Positions 8,749-18,032 of a stretch of 41,191 bases of DNA are shown piece after piece. The first letter of the stretch is position 1; every line of letters begins with the position of its first letter. This DNA comes from a virus (lineage: Duplodnaviria; Caudoviricetes). The stretch covers positions 1-41,191 of IMG/VR virus record IMGVR_UViG_3300049139_000224; one strand, given 5' to 3'. The notes below the pieces were generated by a model. It had not been told where the DNA came from and did no database searches. It worked only from the letters and a program-made list of their open reading frames with translations. Position numbers and translations under genes: made by a program.

Positions 8749-9471
8749 GTGCAGGCACCTGCCGTGGACGGGGTCAGCGTCGTCATCCCCTGGCGGCCCG
8801 ACGGCGACGACCGCCTGCGCGCGCTCGCCTACGTCCTGGACCGGCTCACCCGCGAACACCCCACCTTCGACGTCGTCCTGGGCGAGACCGACCACGAGGG
8901 GCCCTGGTGCAAGGCCGCCGCGGTGAAGGCCGGGCTCGCCCGCACCCGCGGGGACCTCGTCGTGGTCCACGACGCCGACGTGTACACCACCGGACTGGCC
9001 GCCGCCGTGCGCGCCGTCGGGGAGGGTGCGCCGTGGGCGGTGCCGCACTGGCACGTCCACCGGCTCACCGCCGCGGCGACGGCGCGGGTGCTCACTGGCG
9101 GCCCACTGGAGGGCACCATCGGCGAGTCCGTGCACCGGCGCCTGGACCGGCCCTCCTACGTCGGCTACGCCGGCGGCGGCATCACGGTCCTGCCCCGCGC
9201 CACCTACGCGCGGGTGCCCTTGGACCCGCGGTTCGTCGGGTGGGGGCAGGAGGACGAGTCGTGGGAGCACGCCCTGACCACCCTGGCCGGGTCCTGCTGG
9301 CGCGGCCAAGCCGACCTGTGGCACCTGTGGCACCCGCCCCAGCAGAGAATGACCTCCCGGTGGGGGAACCCCGAGGGGGCCGAACTCGGCATGCGCTACG
9401 AGCAGGCCCGCCGCCGCCCCGAGCAGATGCGCGCGCTGATCGACGGAGCCCTCCATGCCAACGCCGAGTGA
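8749..9471 (+). CDS. GT-A glycosyltransferase (GT2 / GT7C-like, 240 aa)
   Basis: VVIPWR, HDADV (DxD), DPRFVGWGQED, HLWHP; GAGGAG RBS. Confidence 0.88.
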   Translation: MQAPAVDGVSVVIPWRPDGDDRLRALAYVLDRLTREHPTFDVVLGETDHEGPWCKAAAVKAGLARTRGDLVVVHDADVYTTGLAAAVRAVGEGAPWAVPHWHVHRLTAAATARVLTGGPLEGTIGESVHRRLDRPSYVGYAGGGITVLPRATYARVPLDPRFVGWGQEDESWEHALTTLAGSCWRGQADLWHLWHPPQQRMTSRWGNPEGAELGMRYEQARRRPEQMRALIDGALHANAE

Positions 9472-9769
9472 GCGCGGCCTGGACCTGCGCGCCCGCACCC
9501 TGATCGCCGCCGACGACCGGCGGATCCGGCGGGCCCTGCGCCGCATCCCCTCGGCTGAGCGCCGCCGCAGCCCCGACGCCGCCTACTTCCAGGCCGCCCG
9601 CCTGGTGGCCGAGCACGACGCCAGCACAGAACAGGCACGGCGCCGTCACCGACAAGTGCTCGCCCGCCCGGCCGCCCGCGCCGCCTACATCGGGGCCTGG
9701 GCAGTGGCGGCCGCGGTCGCGGGCGGGCTCGGCTGGGCCCTGGTGCGGGCGCTTACCGGAACCGCTTGA
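9455..9769 (+). CDS. Small basic protein with a C-terminal transmembrane helix (104 aa)
   Basis: GGAG RBS; hydrophobic YIGAWAVAAAVAGGLGWALV; overlaps the convergent tail gene. Confidence 0.55.
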   Translation: MPTPSERGLDLRARTLIAADDRRIRRALRRIPSAERRRSPDAAYFQAARLVAEHDASTEQARRRHRQVLARPAARAAYIGAWAVAAAVAGGLGWALVRALTGTA

Positions 9770-10481
9770 TCCACAGGTTCGACGGTGCCCGCACCGAGGT
9801 GGCGGTGGCATTGCTGGTGACCTGCGCCCACCGCAGCTGCAGGCGACCAGGAGTGTCACCCGTCCTCAACAGGCCGTTCTCCAAGATGGAGTTGCCGATG
9901 GTGGCGTGCGTACCATAGGTGCGCTCGGTCACCCAGTTCGCGGCCGCGTTCTGCACCGTCGCGCTGCCCGAGGTGGGGGTCGTGGACACGCCCGCGCCGA
10001 ACACCCACCGGCCGCCCGCCTCCGCGTTCGTCGGGATCGACCAAGCCAGCTTGATGTCACCGGACTCGCTACCAGTGGCGTGCAACGCCAGGATGATCCG
10101 GTAGGTGGCGTGCGCCTCCACATCCACCCACAGCTCGGTGTCGTCGACCAGCGTGGTGCTGTTGGTGACGGACTGGTCGGCTTCCTTGATGATCAGCTGC
10201 TCGTCCGGTTCGACCAGGTCGGTGGTGCCCACGATCATCCACCCGCGGCGGCCCGCCGGGACCAGCAGGACGCGGTCGCCCGCCCGAGGCCGGTAGTGGG
10301 CCAGAGACGGGAACCGCTTGGTGGTCACCGTCTGCTCGCCGTCGAACTGCACCCGCGCCGGGCCGTACCCGGTGTGGGCGTAGTCGATCGTGGCGGTGCG
10401 CGGCGCCCGGTTCTGAGGCAGGCGGGCGAGTACGTGCCCGGTGATCGCGGACAGGAACTCCTCAGTCGCGAGCAGGCCCAA
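9753..10481 (-). CDS. Minor tail / tail-tip protein (242 aa)
   Basis: Last gene of the tail operon; OB-like N-terminus (YRPRAGDRVLL) and beta-sandwich C-terminus (GRLQLRWAQ) typical of actinophage tail proteins. Confidence 0.7.
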   Translation of the reverse strand: MGLLATEEFLSAITGHVLARLPQNRAPRTATIDYAHTGYGPARVQFDGEQTVTTKRFPSLAHYRPRAGDRVLLVPAGRRGWMIVGTTDLVEPDEQLIIKEADQSVTNSTTLVDDTELWVDVEAHATYRIILALHATGSESGDIKLAWSIPTNAEAGGRWVFGAGVSTTPTSGSATVQNAAANWVTERTYGTHATIGNSILENGLLRTGDTPGRLQLRWAQVTSNATATSVRAPSNLWIKRFR

Positions 10482-10860
10482 CGCTCAGCCCTCCCTCGTC
10501 CGGGGCAGCCGCTTCCCCACCCTGCTCAGGGTCCGCGGTGTGCGGTGCTGGGGCCGGGGGCGCGCCGACGTTCACGGCCTCATCCGCGAAGGCCAACCAC
10601 CGGTCCCGGTGCAGCTCCCCACAGGGCCAGCACTTCGACCCGTAGCTCCCGTCCGCGTGCTCGTGGAGATCGATCTGGTACGGCGTGCCGCTGGCCGGGC
10701 ACCCGGGGGTGCGGCAGATGACGGTCGCGGGGACCTTCATCCACTCGTCCGTGCTGTCCGGCCACTCCTGGTCATCCCTCGCACGGACTGCCTGCTCCTG
10801 CAGGTACACCCGGAACTCGGACGCTTCGGCCGCGTACTCGGCGTGTGTGGGTATGGGCAC
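10462..10860 (-). CDS. Small Cys-rich tail-associated protein (132 aa)
   Basis: AAGGAG RBS before GTG 10860; CRTPGC...CWPC. Confidence 0.6.
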   Translation of the reverse strand: MPIPTHAEYAAEASEFRVYLQEQAVRARDDQEWPDSTDEWMKVPATVICRTPGCPASGTPYQIDLHEHADGSYGSKCWPCGELHRDRWLAFADEAVNVGAPPAPAPHTADPEQGGEAAAPDEGGLSVGPARD

Positions 10861-10874
10861 TGTCGCAGTCTCCT

Positions 10875-11177
10875 TCACTGGTCTCGCCAGGCCAGCCAGC
10901 TGGCGTTGGTGTCGGCGCCGTTCGTCCGGTAGAGCCAGGCGGTGAACCCGTCCTTGGACACGCTCGTCACGGAGATCTCCTTGACCCGGCTGCCGGGGTA
11001 GGCCGAGTGGGCGGTGACCTGCACCTGCACGCTGCCGTCGCCCCGCAACCCCAACCCCGTCACCTCGATCGGGGTGGGCACCCCGGGCTCGGGGGTGAAG
11101 CGGATCAGGCCGGTCTGGATGTTGCCGGCGCTGATCGCGCCGGTCACGATGACGTCGCCCTCGAACACACGTGCCAC
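10875..11177 (-). CDS. Small tail-tip protein, H-type-lectin/gp53-like beta domain (copy 3)
   Basis: GGAGGAGG RBS; aligns with 11190..11507 and the C-terminus of 11504..13594. Confidence 0.75.
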   Translation of the reverse strand: MARVFEGDVIVTGAISAGNIQTGLIRFTPEPGVPTPIEVTGLGLRGDGSVQVQVTAHSAYPGSRVKEISVTSVSKDGFTAWLYRTNGADTNASWLAWRDQ

Positions 11178-11189
11178 CGGCTCCTCCTC

Positions 11190-11507
11190 CTATGCGCGGT
11201 TGCGTGCGGCCAGCCACCGCACCGGGGTCGCCGTGGTGTTGGTCCTGTACAGCCACACCGTCAGGCCGGTAGCGGACACGTCCGAGACGGACGTCTCGAG
11301 CACCCGGCCCCCGGGCAGCGGGCCGGGGAAGGCGGTGTTCGGGGTGGTCCAGGCGTGCACCGTCCCGGTCCCCGCCAGGTTGAGGCCGGTGATGGCCATG
11401 GACGTGGGCGTGTTGGCCACCGGGGTGATGGTCACCATGCCTTGGGCGAAGTTTCCGGCGGCCAGGGCGCCGCTGATGCGCAGGGCGGGCAGCACGTCAG
11501 TCATCAT
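11190..11507 (-). CDS. Small tail-tip protein, H-type-lectin/gp53-like beta domain (copy 2)
   Basis: GAGGAG RBS; paralogous motifs AGN..G..TGL.L.G.G..PG..E.SV..G.T.W.YR.N..WLA. Confidence 0.75.
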   Translation of the reverse strand: MMTDVLPALRISGALAAGNFAQGMVTITPVANTPTSMAITGLNLAGTGTVHAWTTPNTAFPGPLPGGRVLETSVSDVSATGLTVWLYRTNTTATPVRWLAARNRA

Positions 11508-13594
11508 GCTCCTCGGATCGCGAGCCAGTGGATGGTCGTGGCAGTCGAATTCCTGCGATACCCCCAGAGGGTAAAGCCGTCGGGTGTGGGGTTACGGACG
11601 GACGCCTCCTCAAACGTGCTGCCGGGCACCCCCGACAACGGGGTGACCTGGACGCGCACCGCCCCGGTGCCTTGAAGATCCAGGCCGGTCACCTCGATGG
11701 GGGTGGGCACGTTCGGCACCGGCGACAACGTCACCGACCCGAACTTGATGTTCCCGGCTTCCAGGGCGCCGGTCACGGTGACGTCGCCGACCTCGATCGT
11801 CGGGTCGGATCCGGCGGTCAGGGAGATGACCCTCCTGGCCCGGTGCTCCATGGTGGCGCCGGCCTCCAGGGTCATCTCCCAGGTGTGCTCGGAGTAGGTG
11901 CCCGAGATCGCCAGGCCCTCGAAGGCGAGCTTGTACACGTCGTTGCCGTCGTGGACGGGCATCAGCGCGGTGCGGAACGTGACCGCCTCGTACACCTGGG
12001 AGGCCTCGAAGGCGAGCCTCGCGGCGCGCTCGATCATCGCCGCTTCGGAGGCGGCGTCCTCGTCGCCGCGCACGTCGCTGATGACCCGGCCGCGCCGCAC
12101 CGTCGACGTCGGGCTCGCGGGGTCGGAGTTGCGGTACGTGACGGTGATGACGGGCTCGTCGGGCTCGGACTTGATCAAGGTCCACTGGTTGGGGATGGCG
12201 TGCAGGTCGCGCTCGCGGACCACCCGGGGCAGCATCACGGACTCGTCGTCGTCGGCGTAGGTGTACTCGGCCGGGCGCTCGGCCGGCGAGACGTACGGGC
12301 GCACCACACCCCGGCCGTCGGCGTCGAAGCTCATGGACTCGTAGGCGATCATGTCGAGCAGATCGTTGACGATCGTCAACCTGGTGGTGTCGGGGTCCCA
12401 CTCGCGCACCCCCACCAGCTGCTCCGGTGAGGGGGTGATCGCCACGTCGGTGATACCGCCCTCGCGCAGCACGTGCCGGACCACGCCGGTGACCAGGTTG
12501 AGGGGGTTATCCGTCATGCGGAACTCACCGAAACGCAGCTCCGGAGCGACGTTCGTGTTGTCGGCGAACGCCGAGGCAGTGAACCCGACGAGCCCGGACC
12601 CGATCGGGCCGACGGTCACCTCCTCCTCGACCATCCACTCCGCGGGCTCCGGAGTGCCGGGCGCCCAGACCTTGCCCTGCACGACCTGGTCGATGACCCT
12701 GGCCCGCACGTTCAGCAGCTGCCCCGGGGTGTAGGTCACCGACGTGGCGACCGTGGCGCCGATCTGGGTGGTCTGCCGGGTGACGGACAGCGACACTGTC
12801 GAGTCCGGGTTCAGGTGCACGCGCATCCGGTAGTAGGCGCTGTTGGACTGGTAGCGCAGCATCACCCCGGGCAGGAACGACGCGCCGGTCGCGGTCTGGT
12901 CCGCGCCCAGGGTTGCGTACACGTCCACGTCCGAGTACGACGAGTTGAAGCCCTGGGCGCGGATGATGCTGCGCTGGGCGGTCAGGCGCACGAACGCATA
13001 CCCGCCGCCTGCGACGGTCACGCCGCGCACGGTGTCGGCGAAGAACGCGAACGCCCACTGGTGGCCTGAATCGGACCATCCCCAGGAGCCGTCGCTGACG
13101 TCGCGCACGAATCCATCAGAGACCGCGAGCAGCCCCTCGGTGGTGAACCGGGTGGGCAGCTGCTCGTCCTCCAGGACCTTGAGCTGGTCGTAGCCCTCGA
13201 TGTCGCGCCACACCGCCCCCATGTCGTCGGTCTCCTGCTGGGGGGTGGTCAGCAGGAACACGCCTTGCGGCCATTCCACGTAGTCCTGGGGGCCGTAGGG
13301 AGGGATCCACAGCCGGATCCACGGCTTGATCCGGTCGGACAGGTAGTCGACCAGACCGCCGCCGACACGCACCTTGAAGTTGGCCTGCCGCTTGATGGTG
13401 GACAGCCAGTTCTGCATGATGCGGCACGAGGCGACCTCGCTCATGTCGCGGAGCTTCTGGTTCCCCTTGTCCAGCAGCTCGTAGCGGAACGTCACCGTCC
13501 TGCTGCCGGTGAGCCCCTTCAAGGCGGCGAGGATGTCGGCCTCACTGCGGCCGTTGGGGTTGCGGGGCCCCTGCGGGGGGCGCACGGTCTGCAT
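11504..13594 (-). CDS. Baseplate hub / Tal-like minor tail protein with a ConA-like insert and C-terminal lectin-like domain (696 aa)
   Basis: Position after the Dit-like gene; PQGVF..IEGYD; insert GVMLRYQ..YYR..KVW..GTPEP; TGATG coupling at 13594. Confidence 0.75.
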   Translation of the reverse strand: MQTVRPPQGPRNPNGRSEADILAALKGLTGSRTVTFRYELLDKGNQKLRDMSEVASCRIMQNWLSTIKRQANFKVRVGGGLVDYLSDRIKPWIRLWIPPYGPQDYVEWPQGVFLLTTPQQETDDMGAVWRDIEGYDQLKVLEDEQLPTRFTTEGLLAVSDGFVRDVSDGSWGWSDSGHQWAFAFFADTVRGVTVAGGGYAFVRLTAQRSIIRAQGFNSSYSDVDVYATLGADQTATGASFLPGVMLRYQSNSAYYRMRVHLNPDSTVSLSVTRQTTQIGATVATSVTYTPGQLLNVRARVIDQVVQGKVWAPGTPEPAEWMVEEEVTVGPIGSGLVGFTASAFADNTNVAPELRFGEFRMTDNPLNLVTGVVRHVLREGGITDVAITPSPEQLVGVREWDPDTTRLTIVNDLLDMIAYESMSFDADGRGVVRPYVSPAERPAEYTYADDDESVMLPRVVRERDLHAIPNQWTLIKSEPDEPVITVTYRNSDPASPTSTVRRGRVISDVRGDEDAASEAAMIERAARLAFEASQVYEAVTFRTALMPVHDGNDVYKLAFEGLAISGTYSEHTWEMTLEAGATMEHRARRVISLTAGSDPTIEVGDVTVTGALEAGNIKFGSVTLSPVPNVPTPIEVTGLDLQGTGAVRVQVTPLSGVPGSTFEEASVRNPTPDGFTLWGYRRNSTATTIHWLAIRGA

Positions 13595-16500
13595 CAGGCA
13601 CCGCCCACCACGGTGGCCGCGTCCACCCGCGTCGCTGTGAAGGAGACCTGGTAGCCCCACTCCTGGTCGGACTCGGAATGGTCATCCAGGGTGGACACGA
13701 GGAGCCTGCCGCGGTTGTCGCGGATCACGACCGGGCGCGCCGAGCGGTGGAAGGCGCGCAGCTCGCGCAGCTGGGCGTCGGCCCAGGGCCCGTTGCCCAC
13801 GTCCACGACCACACCGAAGGTGTCCTCCCTGTGCTCACCGAACTCCGTGACGGGGGCCTGGCGCCCGGCGAAGAACGTGGACTCCTGCGCCAGGCGCTCG
13901 GTGTAGGTGCGCTGGGCCTTCCCGAACAGGAACCGCCTGGCGGTCCCCTCAGGGTCCGAGGGGTAGTGCATCCACACCCCGTGGAAGCCCACCGAGCCCT
14001 CCACCGGCTCGGAGTCGGCCCTCGCCCCATCCTCGGCCAGGGCCCGCGCGAAGAAGGCGTACTCCCTGCCAGACGCGGTGAGGTAGTCGCGGAAGGAGGA
14101 CCCTGCGCCGATGGTCGCGACGAGCACCGGGGTGGGGTTCTCCACGTCGGAACGCCAGATCTCGTTGGTGGAGGGGATGGGCACGTCCGTCGCCGACCTG
14201 AGCACGACGTTGTCGACGTACAGCACCATGGTGTCCGGCGGCGCCACGAGCGAGGGCCCGTACCCGGCGTGGGTCGCGCCCGCCGGGGCGGACGCGGTGT
14301 GCTCCTGCAGCGTCCACTCCGCCGCGGTGATGGCCACGTCCGAGGAGGAGGTGGAGATCAGCTGTCCGGCCTCGTCGTACCAGGTGATGAACCGGCGCAG
14401 ATCCGAATGCCCGAGTGGGGAGTAGGCCCGGTAGGAGACGGTGTAGCGGACGTGCTCGGTGACCGGGACGCGGTGCTCGGCCGCCGGCCGGATCCCGGCC
14501 AGGGGCGGGGTGCCGTTGACGGTCACCTTGCCCGAGAAGGCGCCGCTGAACGCCTGCTCTGCGGAGCGCTCCAGCCGGACGGACTCGTCTAGGCGCAGGA
14601 CCGCTACCGCCATGGCGTCGGCGGGGCCGTCGTTGTCCAGCGTGTACGCCGTGGTGGCCCCGGAGGTGGTGTGCACCTCATAGCCCACGAAGATCTGCCG
14701 GTCGGGGTTGATCAGGACGGTGACCGCGGGGTCGATCGTGCGGGTGCCGCTCTCCACCGTGTGGCCGATGTAGAGCACCCAGTCGCCCGGCTCGACCGCG
14801 ATCGAAGGCGAGGCCACCGCAGTGTCAGTGTCGGCCGTCGCGACCGTCCAGGAGTTGAAGGACTGGATGTTGTCCAGGGCGAGGATGGCGGCGGAGTGCC
14901 ACTGGGTGGCCGCCCAGGTCACTGTGTAGTTCGCGGGCTCGGCGGAGGCGGTGCGGGTGTACACCCACAGCCCGTGCTGATCCGAGGTGCCGGTGGCCCC
15001 CAAGGCGTGCGCCTGATACGCGGACCAGCCCGCAGGCGGGGTCGGGGCCTGGTCATAGTTGGACGCCAAGATCAGGAAGAGCTGGCACCCGTCGACGGCC
15101 TGGGCCGGGACCGCCACCGTGTTGGTGTTGTCGAAGGACATGTGGTGGCTGTTGCCCAGCAGCTCGTTGGCCGCTGAGGGCTCCCACCCGTCCGTGCTGG
15201 TCTCGAAGCCTCCGTCCAGGCTGGACAGCTCCTGGCCCGGCTCCGGATTGGTGACCTCCACCCGGATGTAGGCGCCCTCCGCCTCGGGGTGGTCGTCGGT
15301 CAGGTCGTCGGTGACCGAGACCAGCGCCACCACCGGCGTCTCGGGGTCGGAGTAGTCCGGGGTGACCAACCTGGTGGCGGTCGAGGACGCGACCCCGGCG
15401 GCGCGGGCGGTGACCTCCACTCGGTGCTCGACCTCGCTGGTCAGGCCGGTGACCAGGTGGCTGGTCGCGGTGGAGGCGACCCACCCGGTGTCGGAGTGCA
15501 GGGACTCGTCCTCGGTGCGGTGGACGGCGACACGGTAGGAGTCCTGGGTGGCGCCGGTGACCGACCATGCGATCTGCACGTCCGCGGTGACGATGCCGTC
15601 CTCGTTGTCGGTGGCCGGCACGGTGATGGAGACGTTGCCCGACGCGGACGTGGAGAAGGTCGCGTGCTCGGACCACGGCCCCTCGGTGTCCAGGGCATCC
15701 CACGTGCGCACCCGCCACCGGTAGGACTGGCCGTTGGCCAGGGTAGCGGCGGGCAGTTGGTGACCGGGGGTGGCGCTGGAGATCTTCCCGGAGTCGTAGT
15801 CCAGGGTGTTCCCGACGACCTCGTACACCTCCAGTTGGAAGGAGCTTTGGGCGTCGCCGGGGTTGGGGTCGCGGAAGGTCCAGGAGAAGTCGGCGGCTCC
15901 GGTGGCGTCGAAGTTCCCGCGCGCGCCCAACACCGGCTGGAGCGGGGGCAGGTTGAGCGTGTCGACCACCGTGAGCAGGCTGTGCGCGCCGCCTCCGGAG
16001 GCCTGCTCGGCCACGGAGATCAGAACCTGCTGCCCGGTCAGGGCGCCGCGGTGGACCCGGATGGCGTGCAGGGTGGAGCCCACCGTGCCCAGGCCGGCGG
16101 CGACCTCGACCTCGTCGCGTCCGGCCTGGCCGGTGGACAGGTCCACGTGGGTGCGCATCAGCCGCCGGGGGTCGGCGGCGTCCACGTAGTAGATCCACAC
16201 CAGGTGCGAGGCCGGGTCGTAGACCGCGTCCCACGCCGAGCTGGTGGCCAGTTCGGCCGGGGAAGGCATGGACGCGATGTCCTCGCTGTCCAGGCGCACG
16301 TCCGCCAGAACGACGAACTCCGAGGAGGTGCCGGTGTTCTGGCGGTGCTTCACGGTCAGCCCGAAGTCGTCGGACGAGCTGGCGTGCACGGTGACGAACT
16401 GGCTGGTCGAGACCGGCACCGTCCTGGCCTTGGCGTCGCCGTCCTTGACCGCGAACCCGCTGGTGGTGTCGATCGTGCGCGCCGTGCTGGAGAACCCGGT

Positions 16501-17784
16501 GCCCGAGGGGTTGAGGACATAGCGGGCCACGGACTGCGCGCCGTTCGCGCTCAGGCGGTGGTGCTTGGCCGCGGAGGTGACGTACCCGCGCGCCGACCCC
16601 GGCTCGGCCCGGGTAATGTCCAGCAGCGTCGAGGTCTCGTTGACGTAGTTGTTCCACCCGTTCGCGGCCGCGGCCTCGATGAGCGTGCCCTCGGCGTCAC
16701 CGACCCCGCGCAGTACCTGCCCCGAACCGGTCAGGAGCGCGTCACAGGAGATCAGCGCGTAGGCCGTCTGCGCGCCGGTGTTGGATCCGGCGTCGTGGCC
16801 CACCACCGCCACGATGGTGCCGCGGGCGCCGCCCTGGGGGTGCCAGGCGGCGGCGATGTTGTTGACGAGCCCGTCGTAGGCGGGCAGCGCGGCGGTGCGC
16901 ATGCCCCCCACGGTCCAGGTGTGCCCGGCCCCCTTGATGTAGGAGCGGCAGTTGAGCTGGTTGTGGTTCCCGCCGTCGTTGATGACGTGCACGTTGTCGC
17001 TGGCGTCCGCGCACAGGGTGAAGGACTGGGCGCCCCGGCGGGCGGCCACAGAGGAGATCGAGTCGACCACCCTGGCTGTGGTGCCGTCGTGGTGGACCAC
17101 GTCCATCGTCAGCGGCCCCGGTGCGGACTGCGAGGCCACCAGCATCACGTGCGTGCCGTCGCTCAGCTGCGCGGCCGCGCCCGAGCTGAGGTCGAGCAGG
17201 TGCTTGGTCACCGACGCCACGTACAGCGCCGGGGCCGGACCGGAGGAGTGCGCCGCGGTGCGGACCGTCTGCCACTCCAGGCTGATCGGCGCGGCCCCCG
17301 TGCGGTTGCGGCTGGAGACGGCGACGTAGCGCAGGGTCGCGGTCGCGTCCAGCGCGGCCAGGTCGGCGCCGCCGATCCCGGCCCGGACCTCCGCGGACCC
17401 GGAGGCGTTCACGCCCACGACCTGGGCCCGGCGGGTCAGGGCCGCCAGCTGGGCGCGGGTACGGAAGTCGCCGGTGTTGACCAGGCTGCCCCAGTTGAAC
17501 TCGCGCAGCTCCAGGTCCCGGATGGTGCGGCTGCCCGCCACCCCGTCATTGCGCAGGCGCACATAGGCGGCCACCGGCGTGGAGCCGGCGTCGACCACCC
17601 ACGCGAAGGACAGGAACGCCTGCCACACGAAGTACGTCCCCGACCCGAGGGACTGGCCGATGTAGAGCAGCGGGTCTCCCGACTGGGCGATCAAGTTCGA
17701 TCCCGACAGCGCGGAGGAGTAGGACCCGGAGGAGGACTCGATGTAGCCGTAGGCGCTCCCCGCGGTGACGATGGTGGTGCTCAC
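13594..17784 (-). CDS. Large minor tail protein: evolved distal-tail (Dit)-like protein with Fn3 and CBM-like domains (1396 aa)
   Basis: GGAGG RBS, GTG 17784; Fn3-like FSWTFRDPNPGDAQSSFQLEV..YRWRVRTWD; CBM-like GGFE..W..LYVDNV; Dit-like C-terminus AGRQAPV..PVVIRDNRG. Confidence 0.75.
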   Translation of the reverse strand: MSTTIVTAGSAYGYIESSSGSYSSALSGSNLIAQSGDPLLYIGQSLGSGTYFVWQAFLSFAWVVDAGSTPVAAYVRLRNDGVAGSRTIRDLELREFNWGSLVNTGDFRTRAQLAALTRRAQVVGVNASGSAEVRAGIGGADLAALDATATLRYVAVSSRNRTGAAPISLEWQTVRTAAHSSGPAPALYVASVTKHLLDLSSGAAAQLSDGTHVMLVASQSAPGPLTMDVVHHDGTTARVVDSISSVAARRGAQSFTLCADASDNVHVINDGGNHNQLNCRSYIKGAGHTWTVGGMRTAALPAYDGLVNNIAAAWHPQGGARGTIVAVVGHDAGSNTGAQTAYALISCDALLTGSGQVLRGVGDAEGTLIEAAAANGWNNYVNETSTLLDITRAEPGSARGYVTSAAKHHRLSANGAQSVARYVLNPSGTGFSSTARTIDTTSGFAVKDGDAKARTVPVSTSQFVTVHASSSDDFGLTVKHRQNTGTSSEFVVLADVRLDSEDIASMPSPAELATSSAWDAVYDPASHLVWIYYVDAADPRRLMRTHVDLSTGQAGRDEVEVAAGLGTVGSTLHAIRVHRGALTGQQVLISVAEQASGGGAHSLLTVVDTLNLPPLQPVLGARGNFDATGAADFSWTFRDPNPGDAQSSFQLEVYEVVGNTLDYDSGKISSATPGHQLPAATLANGQSYRWRVRTWDALDTEGPWSEHATFSTSASGNVSITVPATDNEDGIVTADVQIAWSVTGATQDSYRVAVHRTEDESLHSDTGWVASTATSHLVTGLTSEVEHRVEVTARAAGVASSTATRLVTPDYSDPETPVVALVSVTDDLTDDHPEAEGAYIRVEVTNPEPGQELSSLDGGFETSTDGWEPSAANELLGNSHHMSFDNTNTVAVPAQAVDGCQLFLILASNYDQAPTPPAGWSAYQAHALGATGTSDQHGLWVYTRTASAEPANYTVTWAATQWHSAAILALDNIQSFNSWTVATADTDTAVASPSIAVEPGDWVLYIGHTVESGTRTIDPAVTVLINPDRQIFVGYEVHTTSGATTAYTLDNDGPADAMAVAVLRLDESVRLERSAEQAFSGAFSGKVTVNGTPPLAGIRPAAEHRVPVTEHVRYTVSYRAYSPLGHSDLRRFITWYDEAGQLISTSSSDVAITAAEWTLQEHTASAPAGATHAGYGPSLVAPPDTMVLYVDNVVLRSATDVPIPSTNEIWRSDVENPTPVLVATIGAGSSFRDYLTASGREYAFFARALAEDGARADSEPVEGSVGFHGVWMHYPSDPEGTARRFLFGKAQRTYTERLAQESTFFAGRQAPVTEFGEHREDTFGVVVDVGNGPWADAQLRELRAFHRSARPVVIRDNRGRLLVSTLDDHSESDQEWGYQVSFTATRVDAATVVGGA

Positions 17785-18032
17785 CGGCCCGCCTCCCGCA
17801 CCGAGGCCGTCTGGACGGCGATGGCCTCCACCGACCCTGGCCCGGTGGGCGGGTTGATCAGCCGCAGCTGGGGGCGGCCGCGGTGCGCACCGGTCCACAC
17901 CAGCGCCTCACCGGCTGGCCCTTCGGCGATGTGGCCGATCCTCACCTGCCCCGTGGGGGTGTCGAGCAGGAGCGCGCCGTCGTCGGCGCGCCCTGGGTGG
18001 GCAGCCCAGACCTGGGCCGGGTGTGTGTCCAT
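17781..18032 (-). CDS. Hypothetical protein (83 aa) between TMP and Dit
   Basis: Translationally coupled on both sides (TGATG at 18032, GTGA at 17784). Confidence 0.6.
   Translation of the reverse strand: MDTHPAQVWAAHPGRADDGALLLDTPTGQVRIGHIAEGPAGEALVWTGAHRGRPQLRLINPPTGPGSVEAIAVQTASVREAGR

Noticed and set aside
6573-8786. 737-aa minus-strand ORF opposite the GT fusion
   Set aside because: Shadow ORF; the plus frame carries all the enzyme motifs
10875-11791. Diversity-generating retroelement or invertible tail cassette
   Set aside because: No reverse transcriptase or invertase; repeats are diverged at all base types and in direct orientation without flanking inverted sites
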